A DNA stretch of 64,000 nt, taken from assembly GCA_964461235.1 (NCBI GenBank), contig CAYWUV010000019.1:6271-70270 (forward strand). The letters are read 5' to 3'. The DNA comes from an uncultured Bryobacterales bacterium (lineage in GTDB: Bacteria > Acidobacteriota > Terriglobia > Bryobacterales > UBA6623). The notes beneath the pieces are model-generated. The model was not told where the DNA came from. It saw only the letters and a program-made list of their open reading frames with translations, and ran no database searches. Made by a program: the position numbers and the translations under genes. How positions within the stretch are numbered: position 1 is the stretch's first letter; each line of letters starts with the position of its first letter. Positions 1-9,241 of the stretch are shown here, one piece after another.

Positions 1-332
1 ACGGTGCTCCGTGAGCGGAAACAACGCCGTCAGCTGCACTGCCCAGAATGGACGGCTTGACATGGAACTGTGACTCCGGTTTGTCCGTGTTTCGGCGGCC
101 GTGGGATCACCTCGATAGTGAAGATTGCCCCGCTCTCGGTTGCGGGGGGTCCGATACCCTTTGAATGCAGCAGCCATGCACGAAACGGGTCCCGAGCAGT
201 CCGAACCACGAGTACGGGAGCAGTGGAACGGAGACCGGAGAGATGGCTTGCCTCGTGACGCTGCCCGGCGGTTGTCATTGGGCTCACGAGGGTTCCTACC
301 GGGTATGGAGCAGCGTCGCCGCGTCGGCAAAA

Positions 333-361
333 TTGACAGGTCAGCCCTCTCCTGCAATACT
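333..361 (+). promoter_or_regulatory. Putative sigma70-like promoter of tRNA-Asn
   Basis: TTGACA at 333-338, a 17-nt spacer, then AATACT at 356-361. The mature tRNA 5' end lies about 21 nt downstream. Confidence 0.4.
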
Positions 362-382
362 TGATGACACAGGCCTACTTGC

Positions 383-457
<75 letters not shown>

Positions 458-1406
458 GTGCTTCCGCGTAACTCTTGGAACTAAAACGACTTATCCCAAT
501 TCAGGTGCTTTCGTTACCACTTCTTCTACCACTCGCGCGAATTTCCTCCACTAGCTGATTCCAAAGCGGCAGCTGGGCTGCAGTTGCCCAGCGACCGAAT
601 CCCCCACCATCGCGGCGGCCTTTCTCACCGTCATCGCTTCCTCTCCCATGCCTAGCAGGCTGTGGTCGAGCCGCCGCAACACCAACACACGGTTGTTGCG
701 GGGAAAATTCCTCGGCGCAAAACGTTTTGTGGGGAAGCGCAACATGTTCTTGCCTCAAGCGCAACACCCGGATCCGTGCTAAGGCATTGACCGGCAGTAG
801 GTTAGCGATCCGGGCTGTACGTCCGGCAATCAGGCGGCGCAAGGACTGCCGTGCGGGAGCGACACCCCGAAAATGGCCCTCGCATGCGCAGCCGGTCCTT
901 TCGAGGAGGTCGCTCCCAGGACTTTTCCGTGCAGGAAGACGGGGCTGCCCCGAAGGGCCGCGGAGGCGTCCACCGCAGGCATTCCGACTGTCTTGCACCG
1001 CTCTTCGGGTGCGCGGCCCAAATCGATATCCGGTGGTTAGAGGTCGTTTCCTTTGGCAGCGACTCCCGCCATCTCGCTGCAAGACTTACTCATGGGACAT
1101 CAGGACCAAATCAACGAACGCACGGTGTACCCCGTGGCCGACCAAGTCCGGCGTGTGCAAGATCCCACTTCCTACTCCCAAATCAGCGTACCCTCGGATT
1201 CACAGTCTTGAAGCTCTATGCCGAAAAGCGTTCCACTTTCCCTGTCAACTTTAGGCCCAGCATGAGTGCAGGTTACGGTGAGAAACTCATCAACCTGTAT
1301 GCTCTCCAAGTCGGATGCATCGTCAAAATGAGCGTAGACTCCCTTATTCTTCGGCGCGGCCTGGGCGGGTCAGGACGTACCGCGGAATCCAGCCCAATCC
1401 CGCATA

Positions 1407-2464
1407 TTGGGGAATGGATGTTGTAGCCAAACCTGCCCCCTCGCCCCGCAGAACCCAGCGCCGAGGTCGCCATCCCGACAAGGCCCTTCCGGCCGCCTTC
1501 GTCCGTTCCGCCCCTACAGGAAGGCGCGCGAGCAGGCTCTCGCCAACCGCATGGCGGCCCCGTCTGGCGGCGCTCCCCTCGCAGGCAAGCGCCTTGTCCA
1601 GCGAGTGCCTACCTTCGCCGAGGCCGCCCAACGCGTGCTCGAACAGAATTGCGGCAGCTGGAGCGGGCGGTGGCACCCGCAGAACTGGATCCGAAGCATG
1701 GAACGGTATGCGTTCCCGCGCATCGGCAGCTGGCCCGTGCCCGAGGTCAACACGGCCGACGTACTGGAGATCCTGACGCCGATCTGGCACGTCAAGGCGG
1801 AAACGGCCCGCGCCGTCCGCCAGCGCATCCAGTCGGTGATCGAGTAGGCGATCGCGCTCGACGTGCGGAACGGCAATCCTTGCGATCGGGTGCTGCCGGT
1901 GCTCGGTCCGCAGAACGACATCGTGACGCACCGGCGGGCACTACACCACAGGGACGTGGCCGCTGCCATCAAGACGGTGCGTGCGGGGTCCGCGCAGCCC
2001 GCGGTCAAGCTGGCGTTCGAGTTCCTCGCGCTGACCGCGACCCGCTCGGGCGAGGCACCGGGCGCACAATGGGCCGAGATCGACACGACGGACCGCGTGT
2101 GGAGCCTGTCAGCGCTGCGGATGAAGGCGAAGCGCGAGCACCGGGTCCCGCTCTGCGGCCGGGTGCTGGAGATCCTCGACGCTGCGCGGGCGCTCAGCAA
2201 CGGCAACCCGCACGTGTTCCCTATGCGGAGCGGGAGCCGATATCGGCCTCGCCGCTGCTCAAGATGCTCAACGACCTTGAGATCGCCGCTGTTCCACATG
2301 GCTTCCGCTCGTCGTTCCGGGACTAGGCGGCGGAAATGACCGATCACCCGCGGGAGGTTATCGAGGCGGCGCTGGCCCATCTGGCCCAGAACAAGGTCGA
2401 GGCTGCCGACGCGCCGTCGGACCTGTGCGAGCGGCGACGGCTGATGGACGACTGGGCTACCTAA
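1407..2464 (+). pseudogene. Tyrosine recombinase (P4/actinobacterial-type integrase) pseudogene
   Basis: ORFs 1407-1847 and 1863-2339 share one frame and encode integrase core motifs (VPTFAEAAQRVLEQ, ADVLEILTPIWHVKAETARAVRQRIQSVIE, ALTATRSGEA, RMKAKREHRVPL). The catalytic C-terminus (AVPHGFRSSFRD, then EVIEAALAH...RRRLMDDWAT) continues in the frame of ORF 1649-2326 to a TAA at 2462-2464. The gene is broken by TAG at 1845-1847 and TAG at 2324-2326, both at positions that are Trp in this family, plus a frameshift near 2232. The arm-binding N-terminus is not recognisable. Confidence 0.85.
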
Positions 2465-2592
2465 CTAGGCGGGTGCGCTGGAAGGTGATCCCGGCCACAT
2501 ATGACGAAGCGGCATGGTCGGCTCATGGCGCGCCACATGGCGTTGCCAGCCATTACGGCGGAACCGTGAGCATCGAGCTCATCAGGTATGTG

Positions 2593-3288
2593 TTACGTGG
2601 CCGATCCCGCTGGCGCTTTACTGAGGCCATGGTCTACCTCGATCAAGAAGGCGTTCGCCAACCGGAGAATCTCGGTTGTGTAGCGGATCATCTCGGTCTT
2701 GCGACGAGGACGACGGTTTCGGTTGGTCTGGGCGAAGTCGACATCCATCTCGTGCACGATTTCGTTGCGCGCGCGGAAGATTCGCTCCAGCAGCCTTAAG
2801 TCGGTCGCGAGCACGGCCGATGGGATGTCAAAATACGACGCTACTCGTAGTACTTGGTCTTTGGACTGCAGGCTCTGCGAAACCAGGTCGTCAACAAGCG
2901 CGCTTACGAGAACGTCCCTCGGGTCACGGCTTGCGAGAACAGAGGAGAGAAACCTCGGATCGAGCGTGTCTTGTCTTGCAAGCCGTTTCGAAATGAACAC
3001 CTTGAGATTCTCCTCGGCTCCCTTCGCCCGATCGATCGTGAGGGGCAGGGCGTCGCGAACAAGCTGCTTGATCATCGAGTCGAGGCCGGCGCCCGCGAAC
3101 ACCAACATCGCTCGAAGCAAGTCCTGTTCTTCATCCGTTGGAGTTCCCTGAGCCTTGCGTGATTCCCTTGCTGCCTCGAAGATGTCGAGAAAAGAGGATG
3201 CCGCGTCGTGAGCACTGCACAGGATCGTGAATCCGTTTCGCGCGGCATCCCCTGCGGGCGCGCTCGGGTAGTGCCGGAATCGACTCAC
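2593..3288 (-). CDS. HEPN-like all-alpha protein (Rx4H motif RNEIVH)
   Basis: Intact 231-aa ORF. RNEIVH at aa 174-179 (nt 2752-2769) sits in a helix-rich C-terminal half, as in HEPN RNase families (RiboL-PSP / MAE_28990 / Abi-type). The GTG start overlaps the stop of the upstream ORF (GTGA at 3285-3288). The family assignment is from motif recognition only. Confidence 0.55.
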   Translation of the reverse strand: MSRFRHYPSAPAGDAARNGFTILCSAHDAASSFLDIFEAARESRKAQGTPTDEEQDLLRAMLVFAGAGLDSMIKQLVRDALPLTIDRAKGAEENLKVFISKRLARQDTLDPRFLSSVLASRDPRDVLVSALVDDLVSQSLQSKDQVLRVASYFDIPSAVLATDLRLLERIFRARNEIVHEMDVDFAQTNRNRRPRRKTEMIRYTTEILRLANAFLIEVDHGLSKAPAGSAT

Positions 3289-3608
3289 GATCCTCGGATT
3301 TCAAGCAGGTTGACATCCTCGGCGCCTAGCGGCGGCAAATCGTAGCCGGCATATCCCGGGTAGCCGGGGTAGCCGGGGTAGCCCGGGTAGCCCGGGTAGC
3401 CGGGGTAGCCACGGTATGGGTGAGCCGCGAGACGGTACAACCGCTTCTTCTTCACGATCGTACCCAGGTAATCGCCATTCCGGTCAACGACGTCGTCGTC
3501 GTTCCAGGGAAGCCAGCCAATCCAGTTTCCGTCACTGTCGTAAACGTACTTCCCCTTCCGAAAAGCGATCCAATTGCCTCGCGAGTCGAACAGGTGCCTC
3601 ACGACCAC
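3285..3608 (-). CDS. Small beta-hairpin-repeat protein ('4-fold beta-flower'-like) with (GYP)n tail
   Basis: 107-aa ORF with repeated G-x-W/Y-I-G hairpin units (SRGNWIAF, SDGNWIGWL, RNGDYLGTI), followed by RGYPGYPGYPGYPGYPGYPGYAGY. The GTG start is uncertain. Translationally coupled to the downstream HEPN-like ORF. Confidence 0.55.
   Translation of the reverse strand: MVVRHLFDSRGNWIAFRKGKYVYDSDGNWIGWLPWNDDDVVDRNGDYLGTIVKKKRLYRLAAHPYRGYPGYPGYPGYPGYPGYPGYAGYDLPPLGAEDVNLLEIRGS
3342..3422. repeat. 9-bp tandem repeat (GTAGCCSGG)n inside the CDS
   Basis: About nine head-to-tail 9-bp units. Six are near-perfect (3360-3413). On the minus strand they encode the GYP repeats. Confidence 0.9.
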
Positions 3609-3754
3609 GCGCTCATCATATCGCGCCCGGAGTGCCGGTCAAGGCACTGGCGGTTCAGCGGTTGAACCCGTGACCTCTACCCTGCCTCCGCCGATGCCGT
3701 CGCATCAGGTCCAGCGCCACCGTAACGTCGTGGCGAGCCTCTTGTAGTCCGCGG

Positions 3755-4958
3755 TCAAGCGCAACGCCTGCCCTGGGGCCACAGCCACGCGCGCAGGAGC
3801 ATGCCGCGAATCCGTCCGATCCAAGCCGCCGCATCGGCTTCGATGGTACGCAGCGCGCTGCTCGCGACGTCTCTCAAGCTCTCGCCAAACACCTTCAGCT
3901 CGCGCGGGGCGCCGTCGTCTCGATCTCCGCCCGCTCCGTCCCGAGCTTGGAGGTCAAGTCGCCCTGGTTCGAAGTCATGCTCGTACATCGCTCCTTCAGC
4001 CGCCACGGCTTCCCGGTCTCCCGGTCGAGGGCGGTGACGTAGGCCTTGCCTTGCCGCGGCACCTCGAGGTGGGCTTCCTCCAAGGCGGCGACGACGTCGG
4101 CGCGGCTCCGCACGGCGCCGTGCTCGACGCGCTGCGTCAGGTTGTCCCGGATCAACTCCCGCGGGTCGGCTTCGTGCTCCAGACCGGTCCGCAGCTTCGC
4201 CGACTCGATGTAGGCGCGGTGGCCGGGCTGCTGCACCCTAGCCCACTCCGGGTCGTCCGGCCGGCTACAGCCGTGCTCGTGGTTGAACGTGTCGCGTAAA
4301 GGGTCGATGGTCTCTTGCCAGCCGGGCGGTGCGACGTTCAGGCTCTTGTCGTCTCCAGGTCGCACGTGCTGTCAAGACGTGCACGTGGACGCCGCCGCCC
4401 ACGAGTAGCCATCCGCGTCGAGTGCTGTCCACAACGTTTTCTCGAACTCGTCGAGGACGGCTTCGATCTGCGCGTCGGTCGGTCCTCCGGGGACCACGCG
4501 ATCACGGCCGAGCGGTACCTGTGCTCGAACGCCAGCGAGTCGGCGACGGCCGCGACCTGTTCCGGATCGCCGCGAAGCACATCGACGCCGGTGCGCGGCT
4601 GCCCGGCCGCGTCCCGCTCGCCGAGCAGGTAGTCGGAGCCTTGGCCCGCTCAATGGGCAGGTGCCCGTGCAGTTCCGCGAGCAACGGGTCCCGCTTGTGA
4701 GCGTTCCGCACGATCCACGTCAGGTGGTCTCCACGGGCCCCGTCCCACGGGGAGTAGTAGGCGCTGCATGGTTTGCACGCCGCTGTGACCCAGCGGTACG
4801 CTGCCGTCCTTGATCGACACCTTGGCGAGCAGCAACTCGACGGCGAATGTTCCCCGATCCGTGGTGTACGAAAGCCCTGTACGCCCGCCTTCTCCGCGAT
4901 CCGGGCCAGCCGCAGGCGCCAGCTGGGAATCGGGGCTTACTGAAGGACCGAGGCCCAC
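3755..4958 (-). pseudogene. HUH relaxase/mobilisation protein pseudogene (multiple frameshifts)
   Basis: A collinear relaxase-like sequence is split over at least five minus-strand frames. In order: ...FAVELLLAKVSIKDGSVPLGHSGVQT / WIVRNAHKRDPLLAELHGHLPIERAKAP / GDPEQVAAVADSLAFEHRYRSAVIAWSPEDRPT / DAQIEAVLDEFEKTLWTALDADGYSWAAA / GGGVHVHVL (HUH motif, nt 4376-4390) / KSLNVAPPGWQETIDPLRDTFNHEHG...GKAYVTALDRETGKPWRLK / AMYEHDFEPGRLD. Confidence 0.7.
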
Positions 4959-5029
4959 GTCCGTTCACCTAGTGGACTTCATTCGACCATCCGGCATAAA
5001 ATTCCGGGTACAGCCGTAGGGTCAATCGC

Positions 5030-7231
5030 GTGATCCTATTCGTAATCGTCCTCAGTCTGCTCGGAGCCCTCGAGGCACCCGGTCAAGCCCGGATCGACTT
5101 CTTCGAGAAGAAGATCCGCCCGGTGCTGGCGGAGCACTGCTATCAGTGTCACTCGGCAGAGGCCGCCCGCACGGGAATCCTGATGGGAAAGCTGCAGCTC
5201 GACACCCGAGCGGGTGTCCAGCAGGGCGGATCCCGGGGCCCCGCAATCGTGCCGGGGAAACCCGATCAGTCCATGCTGATCGAAGCTCTCAAGTACGCCA
5301 ATCGCAACCTGCAGATGCCGCCCGGCGGCAAACTGCCCGACTCGGTTATTGCTGATTTCGTCCACTGGGTGGCCCTCGGAGCACCCGACCCGAGGGAGGC
5401 GAAGGCTGTCGATACGGCGGCCATGGACCTGCAATCAGGACGTCGCCACTGGGCATTCCGTCCCCTGCGTCCTGTCGAACCGCCTCTGGTATTGGCAGCA
5501 AGTCCAGATGAGGCCGCGTGGACGGACTCGCCGATTGATCGATTCGTCCTCGCCAAGCTGCGCGAGATGCAGTTTCTCCCTTCACGGGAGGCCGGTCGGC
5601 CCAGCCTGATTCGTCGCGCCTACTTTGATCTGATCGGTCTTCCGCCGACGCCTGACGAAGTCGAGGCGTTCGTTCGAGATTCCTCTGCGGCACCGTTTCG
5701 CCGGCTTGTCGACCGGTTGCTCGCCAGCCCGCACTACGGCGAACGGTGGGGACGGCACTGGTTGGATGCGGCTCGGTTTGGAGAGAGCCTTGGAGCACAC
5801 GAGCAGGACAACGCGATTCGAGAGCACGCGTACCGATACCGCGACGCCGTGATTCACGCTTTCAATGACGACCTGGCTTACGACGAGTTTGTCCGCTACC
5901 AAGTCGCCGGTGCCCCGAAGAGTTTCTCAGCCAGTCGGCAGGACTTGGGCATGTTCGTTCAGATTGGAACCAACCTGAGCAAGACCGACAACCCGAACGA
6001 TCGCAAGTTTCACCGCCTCGACGACATGGTATCGGCGACCGGCCAAGCGTTCCTTGCCCTGACGGTTGGGTGCGCGCGTTGCCACGACCACAAGATCGAC
6101 CCGATCACTGCCGAAGAGTATTACCAGTTGACGGCTGTGTTCTTCGACGAAGCCGAGGTCAAGCCAGACGCAGGCGGCAAGTACATCCCCCTAGAAGTGA
6201 CTACGCCCCATCTTCTGGCCGGCGGCAGTTGGGAGCGGCCCGTCAAGCCGGTCGAGCCGGGGTTCCTGCGCGTCTTGATGCGGGACGGTCGCAGCTCGAA
6301 GGATTGGCAGCCCCGTCCCGAGGTCACCACTCGCCACGAGGCGCAGGCTGGATCACCGGAGCTTCGGATGCTTGCGAACTGGCTCACCGACGTCGAGCAT
6401 GGAGCCGGTGCTCTGCTGGCCCGGGTGATCGTCAATCGTCTCTGGCAACATCATTTTGGGCGCGGCATCGTTAGCACCCCGAATGATTTCGGCAAACTCG
6501 GTAGCGAGCCCACGCACCCCGCTCTGCTGGATTGGCTCGCGTCCCAGCTCATCCAGGGAGGCTGGCGATTGAAACCGATCCACCGGCTGATCATGAACAC
6601 GGCCGTGTACAAGCAGACTGCCAGCACCAATTTGGCTCAGGCGCGGCAAGATGCTCACAACGAGTACCTGTGGCACCGCAGGCCCTTACGCATGGATGCT
6701 GAAATCATTCGCGATCACATTTTGAGTGTCTCCGGCTCATTGCGCACGAACCCTTACGGACCTAGCACACCCATTGGCAACCGCAAGGAGCCTTTCAAGG
6801 ACACGCCGGACACCTGGCGCCGGTCCGTCTATCTTATGTCGCCGCGCTTCCACCTCCATCCTGTCCTCAAGATCTTCGACCCTCCGGACAACACGCAGAG
6901 CATCGGCCTTCGTGACGTCAGCACGACACCGATCAGCACGGCGTTCATGCTGAATGCGCCATTCGTGTGGGAGCAAGCGGAACGCTTCGCACAACGGGTG
7001 CGGGACAGAGTCGGTGGCGATCCCAGCCTACAAATCGAGTCGGCATACCGGATTGCTCTCTCTCGGCCACCGACCGCGTATGAACGAGAGATCGGCCTGT
7101 CTTTCCTCGGTCAACAGCGCGCGAGCGCGGCGGAGGCACTCAAGGAGCCGGGTTCCTCGGATGCCCCAAGCCCGTTGGCGCAATACTGCCATGCCGTCAT
7201 GAGCCTTAACGAATTCATCTATGTTCACTGA
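5030..7231 (+). CDS. PSCyt1 / DUF1549 (PSCyt2) / DUF1553 (PSD) family protein
   Basis: Signal peptide, then FFEKKIRPVLAEHCYQCHS (CxxCH), DRFVLAKL...LIRRAYFDLIGLPPTPDEVEAFV...[29 protein letters not shown], and a C-terminal ...MSLNEFIYVH. GTG start. Confidence 0.9.
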   Translation: MILFVIVLSLLGALEAPGQARIDFFEKKIRPVLAEHCYQCHSAEAARTGILMGKLQLDTRAGVQQGGSRGPAIVPGKPDQSMLIEALKYANRNLQMPPGGKLPDSVIADFVHWVALGAPDPREAKAVDTAAMDLQSGRRHWAFRPLRPVEPPLVLAASPDEAAWTDSPIDRFVLAKLREMQFLPSREAGRPSLIRRAYFDLIGLPPTPDEVEAFVRDSSAAPFRRLVDRLLASPHYGERWGRHWLDAARFGESLGAHEQDNAIREHAYRYRDAVIHAFNDDLAYDEFVRYQVAGAPKSFSASRQDLGMFVQIGTNLSKTDNPNDRKFHRLDDMVSATGQAFLALTVGCARCHDHKIDPITAEEYYQLTAVFFDEAEVKPDAGGKYIPLEVTTPHLLAGGSWERPVKPVEPGFLRVLMRDGRSSKDWQPRPEVTTRHEAQAGSPELRMLANWLTDVEHGAGALLARVIVNRLWQHHFGRGIVSTPNDFGKLGSEPTHPALLDWLASQLIQGGWRLKPIHRLIMNTAVYKQTASTNLAQARQDAHNEYLWHRRPLRMDAEIIRDHILSVSGSLRTNPYGPSTPIGNRKEPFKDTPDTWRRSVYLMSPRFHLHPVLKIFDPPDNTQSIGLRDVSTTPISTAFMLNAPFVWEQAERFAQRVRDRVGGDPSLQIESAYRIALSRPPTAYEREIGLSFLGQQRASAAEALKEPGSSDAPSPLAQYCHAVMSLNEFIYVH

Positions 7232-7284
7232 CGCAGCCTACGGAACTTGACCCGTGGTTCGGGACCACCCTGGGCCCCTCACGA

Positions 7285-7490
7285 GACTCGGCTTGGGCGC
7301 GACCGCCTTGGCCAGTCTGTTCCCGGACTAGACGGCGAACCGCGCGGCAGCCGTGCCGGCGGTTGAACTCAGCGAGCCGTCCTAGCTGAGGCAACCACTC
7401 TTCGTCCCGAGTGCAAAAAACGTCATTTTCGTGTGCATGATCGGCCGCGCAAGTCAGCTTGAGACAGTCGATCACAAGCCGCTATTGACA
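7285..7490 (+). pseudogene. Fossil 5' fragment of a DUF1501 gene
   Basis: About 205 nt align without gaps to 7690-7895 of the intact DUF1501 gene 405 bp downstream (roughly 70% identity by eye). Conserved blocks include actcggcttgggcg, tggccagtctg, gtgccggcgg and gcgcaagtcagcttgaga..cgatcacaagccgct. In-frame TAG codons occur at 7329-7331 and 7383-7385. Confidence 0.7.
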
Positions 7491-7625
7491 GGTGGTGAAC
7501 AGCGGAGCCCCGGTGGGTGTCCTCTGTGCTCCGCACCAGAGCGGATGCCTCACGAGAAGAGGACAGTTACCTCCTCTCTCATGTACAATACCGCCACGCC
7601 CTCACGGGCCTGAGCGAGTTCTTCC

Positions 7626-9098
7626 ATGTCGATTGGCGCAGGCCATGGAATTCGACCGGTTGGCTGGGACCGCCGTGGGTTCTTCAAGGAACTCGGCTTG
7701 GGCGGCATCGCTCTGGCCAGTCTGCTCGCGGACCAGACGGCGAGTGGAGCGCCAACCGTGCCGGCGGCAGACCTTAGCGATCCGCTGGCGTCCCGGCGGC
7801 CCCACTTCGCTCCGAAGGCGAGGAGCGTCATCCTCCTGTTCATGGTCGGTGGCGCAAGTCAGCTTGAGACGTTCGATCACAAGCCGCTCTTGAAAAAGTA
7901 CGCCGGAGAATTGGCAAGAGACGTTTTCTCCAAGGAAGACCTCGAAAGCCTTAACCCGGAAAAGACGTATACCCACACGCGTATCGTTCCGCCGGTCTTT
8001 TCCTTTAAGCGCTATGGCCAGAGCGGCGCGTGGGTCAGCGAGATCTTCCCGAGGTTGACACAAGTCGTCGACGACATCGCGTTCATCAACGCGATGTACA
8101 CCGATTCGGCACTGCACTCCACCGGCCAGATCCTCATGCACACGGGATATTCCAGACAGGGCCACCCCAGTCTTGGCTCGTGGGTGACCTACGGACTGGG
8201 GACGGAGAACCGGAATATGCCGGGATTCGTGGTGATGACGGACGGCCGACCGTCGGGCGGGCGCGCGCTTCACGATGCCGGTTTCCTCCCGCGCATCCAC
8301 CAGGCCACCCTAGCGGACGTCAAGCCCGGCAATCCACCGGTGCCGCACATATCGGCGCCGCCGTTTCTCAGCCGGGACCAGCAGAGCAAGCAGCTGGATC
8401 TAGTGCGGAAGTTGAATTACCTCCATCGCGGGATGCACCGCACGCAGCCCGAGCTCGACGCGCGCATCGCTGCGTTTGAAACAGCGTTTCGCATGCAGAT
8501 GGAAGCGCCGGACCTCTTCGATATTCGTAATGAGCCCGACTCGGTGAGGGAGCTCTATGGAGACACCGACTTCGGGAGGAAGTGCCTCACGGCCAGACGG
8601 CTCGTGGAGAGCGGGGTCCGTTTCGTAGAGATTCTCGACGGCGCCCAGGGACGGCGATGGGACGCGCATGGAAACCGCGGCGGGCTCATTGACAACCACC
8701 GCATGAACGCGGCCCGCACCGACCAAGGCATCACGGCCCTCATCATGGATCTGAATTCACGTGGGTTGCTGGACGAGACCCTTGTGGTCTGGGCCACTGA
8801 GTTCGGTCGCACGCCAATGGAGGAGTCGCGTAAGGAGAAATCCCTCGGCCGCGGCCATCACCACTTCGGCTTTTCCATGTGGATGGCGGGCGGCGGCGTC
8901 AAGCCGGGGATAACCCACGGCGCCACAGACGAGCTCGGCATGCACGCCGTTACGGGCCGCGTCTCGCATCACGACCTTCATGCCACCATCCTCCACCTAC
9001 TGGGCCTGGATCACGAGCAGCTCACGTTCCGCCACAATAGCCGCGACTTCCGGCTGACCGACGTCTACGGCAATGTTGTCCACGAGCTGATTTCCTGA
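7626..9098 (+). CDS. DUF1501 protein (sulfatase/alkaline-phosphatase-like, Tat signal)
   Basis: Twin-arginine N-terminus (DRRGFFKELGLGGIALASLLA), LLFMVGGASQLETFDHKP, and WATEFGRTP...GRGHHHFGFSMWMAGGGVKPG, all typical of DUF1501. Confidence 0.9.
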   Translation: MSIGAGHGIRPVGWDRRGFFKELGLGGIALASLLADQTASGAPTVPAADLSDPLASRRPHFAPKARSVILLFMVGGASQLETFDHKPLLKKYAGELARDVFSKEDLESLNPEKTYTHTRIVPPVFSFKRYGQSGAWVSEIFPRLTQVVDDIAFINAMYTDSALHSTGQILMHTGYSRQGHPSLGSWVTYGLGTENRNMPGFVVMTDGRPSGGRALHDAGFLPRIHQATLADVKPGNPPVPHISAPPFLSRDQQSKQLDLVRKLNYLHRGMHRTQPELDARIAAFETAFRMQMEAPDLFDIRNEPDSVRELYGDTDFGRKCLTARRLVESGVRFVEILDGAQGRRWDAHGNRGGLIDNHRMNAARTDQGITALIMDLNSRGLLDETLVVWATEFGRTPMEESRKEKSLGRGHHHFGFSMWMAGGGVKPGITHGATDELGMHAVTGRVSHHDLHATILHLLGLDHEQLTFRHNSRDFRLTDVYGNVVHELIS

Positions 9099-9241
9099 TT
9101 GGGCACTGTCAATCTGATGCTGGCCACGCGACACCGGGCTGGCATCCCTTGCAGCTCGTTCTCCCATGGCGGACCCGAGCAATGCGCAACTCGACCTTCA
9201 TCCTTGCCCTAAGAACCTCTGGTCGGCGAGACGAGCAAACC

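Larger units (their letters stand above)
458..4960. mobile_element. Decayed integrative/mobilisable element next to tRNA-Asn
   Basis: Lies directly 3' of the tRNA gene. Contains an integrase pseudogene, a relaxase pseudogene, start-less protein-like ORF fragments (about 1170-1345, minus strand) and one intact two-gene cassette. The 2593-3608 stretch looks less GC-rich than its flanks by eye. The right boundary is inferred only from the start of housekeeping-type genes at 5030. Confidence 0.6.

Noticed and set aside
1-63. Possible gene start on the minus strand (ATG at 63-61, MSSRPFWAVQLTALFPLTEHR..., GGAG 10 nt upstream) running off the window
   Set aside because: Only 21 codons are visible and no family is recognisable, so there is too little evidence to list it as a feature.
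1845-1847. In-frame TAG/TGA codons (1845, 2324, 22100) as pyrrolysine, selenocysteine or Trp recoding
   Set aside because: The same genes also carry frameshifts. All well-conserved genes in the window terminate normally at TAG/TGA/TAA. The affected positions are Trp, not Cys/Sec. Ordinary pseudogenisation explains them.
3342-3422. Tandem repeats at 3342-3422 and 33352-33426 considered as CRISPR arrays
   Set aside because: The units are head-to-tail with no spacers (9-bp in-frame coding repeat; 30-bp repeat with only 2.5 copies), and no cas genes are nearby. They are micro- and minisatellites, not CRISPR.
4935-4955. cttactgaaggaccgagg as a degenerate attR copy of the tRNA-Asn 3' end (ctacctgaggagccag)
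   Set aside because: Only about two-thirds of positions match, and only with a gap. That is not distinguishable from chance by eye, so it is left as a check rather than a call.
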